IMG/VR virus record: IMGVR_UViG_3300049733_000582
Direction: 5' to 3' (one strand)
Source of the DNA: an uncultured virus (IMG/VR IMGVR_UViG_3300049733_000582)
Taxonomy: Duplodnaviria > Heunggongvirae > Uroviricota > Caudoviricetes
DNA length: 64,000 bases
In this document: positions 56,941 to 64,000 of the stretch, in pieces
Position numbering within the stretch: the stretch's first letter is position 1
Layout of the letters: the number at the start of each line of letters is the position of its first letter
Notes under the pieces: model-generated
Seen by the model: the letters and a program-made list of their open reading frames with translations, nothing else
What the model was told of the DNA's origin: nothing
The model's database searches: none
Position numbers and translations under genes: made by a program

Positions 56941-59700
56941 GCGCACGGCTCAAGGCCCACGTGGCCGGCGGGCTCCTCCTGGCCGCCCTGCTCCACGGCG
57001 CGCTCGAGCGCGCACCGGACGACGGGATCGTCCGGGCCGAGGCCAGCACGCTCCTCATCCTCGCCGTGAGCGCGGCGCTCAGCGTCGCCAGCTACTACCT
57101 GAACCGGCAGAAGCAAAAGAACCCGATCAACGACGAGCACCCGCCGACGCTGGCCTCGCGCGGCGACTTCGTGAACTACGTGGTCGGCCGCCGGCGCGTA
57201 GGGCCGGTGATCTGCTGGGTGGGGGGGCGGAGCTCCGATCGGGAGGGCGGCGGGAAGGGGAAGGGTCTGGGGGCGGGGCGGGGGGGGGGGGGCGGGTTCG
57301 GGCGAGAAGGTCTGGTTCGAGGACGCCTGGCACGTGATCTGCCTCGGGCCCGCGGCGCGCCTCTGGGCCATCTGGCAGAACGGGAAGCGCATCTTCGTCG
57401 GCCCGATCGACCCGGACTCGCACCCCTCGGGCACGACGCTGAACATGGGGCGCGAGGGCAGCGCGGACCTCTACTGGGGTCAACACGACCAGCCGGTGAA
57501 CAGTTATCTGGGTGGCGCCGGCCGGGTGGGCATCTCGAGCCGCTGGCCCTTCTTCTGCTACGTGGTCTGGCGCCGGAAGCGCCTCGGGCCCGTCCCCCAG
57601 TGGCCACTCCTCGAGTACGAGATCGAGGTGCGGCCGCACGGGTCGATCCTGCACTCGACCGCTCCCTGGATCGAAGGGGACCAAGCCCTGACCGGGGCCT
57701 CGTTCGCGGTCCAGGCGGCGACCAACGGGATTCCGGGCGTGGGCACGATCGAGGTGGCCGGGGACCAGCGGCGGAAGATCAAGCCCGGGGTGCTCCTCCG
57801 CCTGACCGGGAACGCCGCGCCCGCGGCGGACTACACCGTGCTCCGCACGAGTTTCACGAGCTCGCTCGTGAGCTTCGCGGACGACCGGACGCTCCTCTAC
57901 TTCCGGGAGCCGCTGATCGGCCTGGACGCGACCGGCTCGGTGCAGCTCTACGTCGAGAGCGCGGACGAGGGGGCCAACGGCGCGCACCTCCTCTCCCACG
58001 TGCTCCACGGGCCCTTCCCGAACGGGCTGGGCCTGGACCCGGACGAGTTCAACCTGGACAGCCTCGAGGACGTCGGGGAGACCATGCTGGCCGAGCGGAT
58101 CCCAACCACGCTCTGGGGCCGGGACGGCGACGAGGCGGTCTCGCTCCTGGCGGGCCTGATGCAGGACCTCGGGGTGGTAATTGGGTGGGAGATCGCGACG
58201 GGGCGGTGGCGCTTCACCGCCGTCCGGAAGGTCGCGGACAGCGACCGCGCGGTCATCGGCGCCGACGTGCTCCTGCCGCCGCTGCCCGTCCTCGAGGCAC
58301 AGCACGGGGACCGGCCCTCGGACCGAATCGTCTTCCTCTTCCTGAACAAGGAGCGCAACTTCCGGAACGACGCGGTCCCGCTGGACGACGACGGCCAAGC
58401 CGAGGCGCGCGGGAACCTCGCCATCCGCCGCGTCCAGCTCCCGACCATCACGGACCTGCCCACGGCGTCCCGGGTCGCCGGCCGGCGGGAGCAGGAGGAG
58501 CTTGCCCACGGCAACACCCTCACGGTCATCGCGAACCGGAGCGCACGCCTGATCGTCCCAGGTCATGCGATCGACGTGACCGGGATCGAGTTCCCCCTCC
58601 GGGTCCTCTCGATTCGGCTCGACGCCCTGACCGGCAAGGTGACCCTGGACTGCATCGGCGACGTCTTCGGCGCGGACGTCTCCGAATACGAGGCGCCGCC
58701 GGGCGCGGCGCTCCCTCCGCCCGAGGAGCCCGAGCTCGACCTCGCACAGCAGATCGTCGAGGTCCCGAGCTACTTGAGTCCAGGGGTCCAGACCCTCGTC
58801 GTGCCGCGCATCCGGGCCCACGCCTCGATCGTCTCGGCCGCCATGCACCTCAGCCGCGACGACCTGAGCTACACGGTGGTCGGGTTCGAGGATTCGCTCC
58901 AGTCCGGCGGCCTCCTCATCGACGCGCTCCCCGCAGGCGGCTACTACGAGATCGAGGACGGCCCGACCTTCTCGCTGCTCGGGCCGGACGCGAGCGTGTT
59001 CCAGGATCTCGACGACCGGGAGGCCGATTGGCGCGCCGGCCGGCAGGTCGTGGTGCTCGAGGACGAGCTGCTCTTCGTCCGGAAGATGACACTGATGGGC
59101 GGGAACGTCTACAGGATGACCGGGGTCATCCGCGCGCGCTACGACACCGAGGCGCTCGCGCACGCGCCTGGGGTCCACGTCTTCGTCCTGGACATCCGGC
59201 AGATCCTCCGGATCCAAGACATCCTGCTCGAGCCGGGCGCCCTGATCTACCTCAAGGTCCAGCCGCGCTCCTCGGTGAGCTTCGACCTCGCCGAGGTTCC
59301 GGCGCTCACGAAGACGCTGCACGGGAAAGGCGTGGCGCCCATGCCCATGCCGATCGCCTGGGTCAACTTCGGGCGGAGCTCCTGGGCCGCGGGCGCGAAT
59401 GTGGTGATCGAGTGGAGCTACCGGTCGAGCCTCGTCGCGCGCACGGGCGCCGGCATGCAAGGCGCCGGTCGAGCGGTCAGCTTCTCTCCCCCCGAGGGTG
59501 AGATCATCCTCGATATCCTGAAAAACGACTTCACGCTGGTCCGAACCGTCGTGGGCCAGACGGGGTTCAGCTACACGTACACCAACGCGCAGATGGTGAC
59601 CGACTTCGGGAGCGAGCCGACGATCTTCCGCGTGCGCGTGCGAAACGTGAACGCCGGCCGCAGCTCCGGGGACCGCGAGCTCCAGCTCTTCCGCTACTGA
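56937..59700 (+). CDS. central tail/host-specificity protein, frameshifted at a poly-G tract
   Basis: N-part (RGDFVNYVVGRRRVGP...GGKGKG) and C-part (EKVWFEDAWHVICLGP...IW.NGK...) are in different frames, joined at G13 57280-57292. Confidence 0.75.
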
Positions 59701-59710
59701 GGAGGGAACG

Positions 59711-60091
59711 ATGTCGCGACCGCGCCTCTTGCCGATCGAATCCGGGACCGAGGGCTGGGACTCGGTGCTCCGGACCAACCTCCTCATCCTGGGCGGCTTC
59801 AGCGATGCCGATGGGGAGCCATTCCCGATCAAGACCTATCCCGGCTTCGCCAACCTGCCGACCGCCAGCCAGAACGACCAGTGCGTTGCGGCGTTCGACA
59901 GCGGGTCCGGGCAGTTCCGGCTCGTGCTGTCGCTTGGCACGGTCACTGCGCCCGCGGGCGGGAACTGGGCGAAGATCCCCGTACAGGCCGCCGCCCAGGC
60001 CGATTTCGCCGGTGCGGACCTTGCCGCCCTGAAGGTCGAGCTCAATACCTTCCTGGCGAAGCTCAGGACGGCCGGCACCATCGCGCCCTAA
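59711..60091 (+). CDS. small tail fibre/decoration protein
   Basis: GGAGG RBS; C-terminal LNTFLAKLRTAGTI motif. Confidence 0.65.
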   Translation: MSRPRLLPIESGTEGWDSVLRTNLLILGGFSDADGEPFPIKTYPGFANLPTASQNDQCVAAFDSGSGQFRLVLSLGTVTAPAGGNWAKIPVQAAAQADFAGADLAALKVELNTFLAKLRTAGTIAP

Positions 60092-60804
60092 GGGGGCGTC
60101 ATTCTTCGATAGGTCTTCTTGGACAAGACTTCGTCGATTGCTTGAGTTGGCAGCGGACCGTGGAACTTGCTCGGGTCAAGGCCTTCTCCCCGAAGAACCG
60201 TGAGATAGCTGCGGAATAGGAGTGTGTTTGTCAGTTTCTCTGCAAGCTCCCATGGCAGCAATTCACCATCTTTGATTGTGTCGCTCTCGCAGATAAGGCG
60301 TGCGAGTTCCCTTGACTCAGGCACCTCCCAAATCAGCACTGGTCTCGTGTGAACGAATCCCCCTATGAATGATGGATAGCAGGCCAAGAGGCTTCCCCAG
60401 TACGGCTCCTTATGAGGGAGATCACCACACGTCACGCCTATCCATTTCTGTTGGCTCTCGAGTAGATGGGCTTCAATGACGGCCTGACCATAGGTAAGTC
60501 GTCCCCAGGTCGAACCGCCATGTGCAAGCCCACCTCTCACCGGAAAAGAAGAGCGGAGGCCCTCCGTCAGGAGAGCCCTGGCGAACCGCAAGATGGAGCC
60601 CAAGGAACTCTCGGTAGATGGGACTGATGCGAAGACGGTATCAGAGAACACTTGCAGCCGATCAATCCCATTCTCGGTTCGTGCTCTCTCAACGATGTCT
60701 ATCCATTGGTTGATCCTCTGATCGATCTTAGACTCTCCGAGGTTTGCGACCATCCTCGAGAACCCGAGGATGTCGGCCACCAGGAAATAGTTGTTCTCGG
60801 CCAT
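60088..60804 (-). CDS. class III nucleotidyl cyclase-like protein
   Basis: ADILGF, FSDT, VRGGLAHG, GQAVIEAH.LE; lower GC; antisense to operon. Confidence 0.75.
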   Translation of the reverse strand: MAENNYFLVADILGFSRMVANLGESKIDQRINQWIDIVERARTENGIDRLQVFSDTVFASVPSTESSLGSILRFARALLTEGLRSSFPVRGGLAHGGSTWGRLTYGQAVIEAHLLESQQKWIGVTCGDLPHKEPYWGSLLACYPSFIGGFVHTRPVLIWEVPESRELARLICESDTIKDGELLPWELAEKLTNTLLFRSYLTVLRGEGLDPSKFHGPLPTQAIDEVLSKKTYRRMTPP

Positions 60805-60990
60805 GTGCCTGCTCCATCAGGTCAGAAGTACTACGGAATGGTGATCCTACCTCGCGCACGCATGACGACGGCGTGCTTCATGTGGCCTCTTGACCTGGCC
60901 GATCCATCCTGTAGGGAAGTATGCGGGTGGTTTGCCGATCGAGTCCCCTCGGTTTGAGGGAGCTGCGGGGCTCGCGTTCCGGACGCTCCC

Positions 60991-61398
60991 ATGCCCCGCG
61001 TTTTCCTGCCGTGCCGGGCGATTCGTTTCGACCTCCGGCCGGCGGCTCACTTCGGCGACGTCACGTACCTCCTCGAGACCGAGGAGGTGAACCCCTTCGA
61101 CCCAGGGGGGAGCTTCGCGCGCACGCGCGAAGCTCTGGACCGTAACGCCTTCAACCCCGACCAGGACTACCTCTGCCTGGCGGGGCCCACGGTCTGCGTG
61201 ACGCTCGTCTTCGCGCTTGCGCTGCAGCGCTACCAGCGCATCCGCGTCCTCCTCTTCGACGGGAAGTATGGGACGTACCAGCCGCGCCTGGTCGCGCTCA
61301 GCGATCTCGCGCCGGTTGGGCTCGAGGACGTCCGGGTCACGACGATCCCCCGGCGTATGGCCACGTTGGAGCCGCCGGCAGCGATGGGAGGGCAGTGA
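60991..61398 (+). CDS. small Rossmann-like phage protein
   Basis: FDL.PA..FG...F.P..DYL.LAG....LLFD...Y pattern. Confidence 0.6.
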   Translation: MPRVFLPCRAIRFDLRPAAHFGDVTYLLETEEVNPFDPGGSFARTREALDRNAFNPDQDYLCLAGPTVCVTLVFALALQRYQRIRVLLFDGKYGTYQPRLVALSDLAPVGLEDVRVTTIPRRMATLEPPAAMGGQ

Positions 61399-61401
61399 AC
61401 C

Positions 61402-63141
61402 ATGACGCTTGGAACTGAGGGTATCGCCACCATGATCCTCGCGTTCCTGGGGTTCCTCTGGAACGTGGGCCGGAAGGTGAAGCACGTCGCGGCCGTGCTC
61501 CTGGTCTTCGCGTGCGCGCGAGAACCGATCGGCCCGGAGCCCACCACGACGCCGGACGAACAGGCGCCGCCCCCAATCCAGCTCGAGCTGCCGAGCGACG
61601 ACGCCCGCGCAATGGCGCGCGTTGCCGCTAGACGATTGCGGCAAGGTCTGGCCCCGACTTCGTCCACTCGCTCCGCCGCCGCCGCCGCGACCGATGGCCC
61701 GGGGGCACTTCTGGACTGGAGCTGGCTCCGGGCCCAGAAGGCCGTCGCCTGGAAGGCCTTCCTGGACGACGTGACCGGACCCACGTTCGCGGCCCCCGAG
61801 CTCAAGGGGTGCGTCCGCGGCTACAAGGTGACGTTCGGCGGCAGCACCGCCTATGGGATAGCGGGACGGCTCCTGGACTGGGCGCGGACTCTCCCGACTG
61901 GACAGGACCGCGAGAGGGCCCTGGCCTGGGTCCGGGAGCACGTCCTGCATGTGATGCGGTTCGAGACTTTTCGCGACGCGAACGGGTTCAGCCAGGTTGC
62001 TGGCGAAGGCGGAGTCGCGGAGCACGTGAGCCCGCAGCTCTCCGATCCGAAGGCTCGCGACACGGACTATCTCCGGCATCTCTGTCTCGAGCCCTATGCG
62101 CAGGCCGTCCTCGATGAGGCGGTGCCCTTCACCGAGGAGGAGCGCGACGAGGCGACCCGCTGGCTGCTCGGCGCCGGCAAGATGCTCCAGGCGCTGACCC
62201 AGGGCCCGTCGATGGCGGTGACGAACACCTTCTACGAGGGGGCGCATGCGCGCCTATTCTTCACCCTCGACAACCTCACATGGTGCTACCTCGCCACGGG
62301 CGAGCGCGGGTTCGTCGAGCACGCCGAGCGGCTCGCGGTCCAATGCCTGGGCTGGACCATCCGCGGCCCGGACACGATGCTGCCGGCTCCGTTCCCGCTC
62401 TGGGCCGGCTCCGATCCCGTTGAATGCGGCGGCCGCGCCCTGGGGAACCCCAACGCTCCGCATAGAGGCGCCGCCTGGTGGCACCTCGCGGACTCGGGCC
62501 GGCGCCTGGCGAGTTTGGCCTTCGTGACCGACCGTCCCGACGTCCGGTCGCTCCTCGTCCGCTGGGTCCTGGTCCAGACCGAGCTCGCGCTCCGCCCTGG
62601 GAACCCCATCTGCCGGGGCGGCTCGGTGCGGCTGAGCGGCGGCGCGCTGCGACCGACGGAGAACGACCCCGTCCCGTGGGCCCTCCTGAATCCGAAGGAC
62701 GCGCTCACGATCTCGCCGACGACGCCCTATCAGTTCCTGACCGGCGTCCAGAACTGGGTCTGGGACGGCGACTATCACTCGAAACTGTTGCCCGACGGGC
62801 GGACTCCACGGATGCGGTACAACGACGGCACCACCGATCGGCTCGGAGTCCTGATCGACTTCCCGAACGGGTTCGGCGCCGCCGACCTCTGGTGGTGCCG
62901 CTTCCTTATCACGGGCAAGGAAGAGGACCGGCTTCGCGCGCTGGTCGCGCTCCGAGACCGCCTCTTCTGGGGGAACGCTCCAGGCCCGCTCGTCCTCGTC
63001 ACGACCGGGAACCGCTCGGGCTTCCCCTACAACGGGGGGAACGTCGGGCGGGCGCGGACCTTCGCCTGGGCGATGGAGTGCGGAGGCCTACTGCCATGGG
63101 ACGGCTCGGCCGAGGCCTCCAGCTTCACGGCGCTCCGATGA
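61402..63141 (+). CDS. putative lipoprotein with alpha/alpha-toroid-like domain
   Basis: Lipobox-like VLLVFAC; YLATGE and FLITGK helix-turn motifs. Confidence 0.6.
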   Translation: MTLGTEGIATMILAFLGFLWNVGRKVKHVAAVLLVFACAREPIGPEPTTTPDEQAPPPIQLELPSDDARAMARVAARRLRQGLAPTSSTRSAAAAATDGPGALLDWSWLRAQKAVAWKAFLDDVTGPTFAAPELKGCVRGYKVTFGGSTAYGIAGRLLDWARTLPTGQDRERALAWVREHVLHVMRFETFRDANGFSQVAGEGGVAEHVSPQLSDPKARDTDYLRHLCLEPYAQAVLDEAVPFTEEERDEATRWLLGAGKMLQALTQGPSMAVTNTFYEGAHARLFFTLDNLTWCYLATGERGFVEHAERLAVQCLGWTIRGPDTMLPAPFPLWAGSDPVECGGRALGNPNAPHRGAAWWHLADSGRRLASLAFVTDRPDVRSLLVRWVLVQTELALRPGNPICRGGSVRLSGGALRPTENDPVPWALLNPKDALTISPTTPYQFLTGVQNWVWDGDYHSKLLPDGRTPRMRYNDGTTDRLGVLIDFPNGFGAADLWWCRFLITGKEEDRLRALVALRDRLFWGNAPGPLVLVTTGNRSGFPYNGGNVGRARTFAWAMECGGLLPWDGSAEASSFTALR

Positions 63142-63365
63142 GCGATACAGCCCCGAAGCCGGAGGGAGCCGCGCCGCCCCTCAATGCGCGAGTGGCCTAC
63201 TACCGCACGCTCGTCTCCGACTCCAAGCGTCTCTGCTCCGTGATCTTGGCCGACGTAGCGAGCGATTTGGAGGGGGAGCACATGCTGAAGTTGGACAAGG
63301 TCGCCGATCACCGCCGCGCGATCGTCAAGCGACTCCGGTCTCGCTCCGCGGAACTGATCGCATGA
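63138..63365 (+). CDS. small hypothetical protein
   Basis: ATGA-coupled on both sides. Confidence 0.5.
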   Translation: MSDTAPKPEGAAPPLNARVAYYRTLVSDSKRLCSVILADVASDLEGEHMLKLDKVADHRRAIVKRLRSRSAELIA

Positions 63366-63913
63366 CCTGTATCGCCGCGATCGCCACTCGCTCTGAGGTC
63401 TGGATGGGCGCAGATTCCTGCGGGGCGAACGGCTGGAGCTACATGATCCGCCGGGATCCCAAGCTCTTCCGGACTGGCCCCTTCCTGCTCGGGTTCACCA
63501 GCTCGTTCCGGATGGGACAGCTCCTTCGATTCGGAGCCGAGGCCGAGAAGCTCTCCGCGCTCGCTCCGTCGGGCGACCCGTTCGCCTTCATGGTGGAGAA
63601 GTTCATCCCATCGGTCCGGAAGATCCTCAAGGCCGGCGGCTTCATGACCACCAAGGACGGGGTCGAATCGGGCGGGAGCTTCCTGGTCGCGTTCGGCCGG
63701 CACCTCTTTGAGATCGACCCCGACTTCCAGGTTGCTCAGGACCGCCGCGGCCTGCACTCCATAGGAAGCGGATACACGTTCGCGCTGGGCGCGATGGCGC
63801 TCGCGCGCGGAGAGCCCAGGGCCCGAATCCTCCAGGCGCTGCGGATCGTCACGCAGTTCCAGCACCACGTCCGCGGACCGTTCCAGGTCCTGAGCACGAG
63901 AGGTGCGGCCTGA
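63362..63913 (+). CDS. HslV/proteasome-beta-like Ntn hydrolase
   Basis: MTCIAA...MGADS...K; SIGSG..FALGA. Confidence 0.8.
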   Translation: MTCIAAIATRSEVWMGADSCGANGWSYMIRRDPKLFRTGPFLLGFTSSFRMGQLLRFGAEAEKLSALAPSGDPFAFMVEKFIPSVRKILKAGGFMTTKDGVESGGSFLVAFGRHLFEIDPDFQVAQDRRGLHSIGSGYTFALGAMALARGEPRARILQALRIVTQFQHHVRGPFQVLSTRGAA

Positions 63914-64000
63914 GAGAGCGGACGCCCGATCCTGAGCGGATGATCGGCCGCACGCCGTTCCAACTGGAACGCGTGGACCGCGTCGGGGAGGCGCCGCTCT

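Larger units (their letters stand above)
7771..64000. mobile_element. integrated temperate prophage (siphovirus-like, HK97-type head); right boundary beyond the window
   Basis: att site, integrase, replication, terminase, portal, protease, capsid and tail genes in canonical order. Confidence 0.92.

Noticed and set aside
57300..59501. Remainder of the 932-aa ORF 56703-59501 as a real protein
   Set aside because: After the poly-G tract it becomes Arg/Pro/Gly-rich nonsense; the coding signal moves to the 57334-59700 frame
52425..60091. Diversity-generating retroelement or invertible tail-fibre cassette
   Set aside because: No reverse transcriptase, TR/VR pair, invertase or inverted repeats seen in the window
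7953..64000. Genome-wide stop-codon reassignment in the phage
   Set aside because: TGA, TAG and TAA all terminate genes normally, with many ATGA/GTGA overlaps; only one suspicious in-frame TGA was found

Overview
High-GC bacterial chromosome segment. Positions 1-7770 are host DNA: the end of a HEAT-repeat gene, a small hypothetical gene, and three tandem ~745-aa paralogous secreted proteins with nidogen/NIDO-like repeats. A displaced 3' half of a tRNA(CAT) gene at 7771-7814 marks an attachment site. From there a temperate tailed prophage (siphovirus-like, HK97-type head) runs off the right end of the window. It carries a tyrosine integrase, recombination and replication genes with ori-like repeats, RusA, a HerA-like ATPase, methyltransferases, an antisense low-GC accessory cluster with an IS5-family element, packaging, head and tail modules, and right-end accessory genes. 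The most notable observations are: (i) a small ORF with an in-frame TGA in a C-W-TGA-Y context followed by a SECIS-like hairpin, a candidate phage selenoprotein; (ii) a cytosine-MTase shell whose core is replaced by an antisense LAGLIDADG gene with the frame kept open; (iii) an IS that splits a HEPN-like gene but supplies a new in-frame ATG; (iv) several phage-encoded host-style surface proteins; (v) a terminase with an apparent degenerate duplicated ATPase domain; (vi) a poly-G frameshift in the central tail gene; (vii) a cyclase-like gene and an HslV-like gene. All family calls come from motif recognition by eye, not from database searches.
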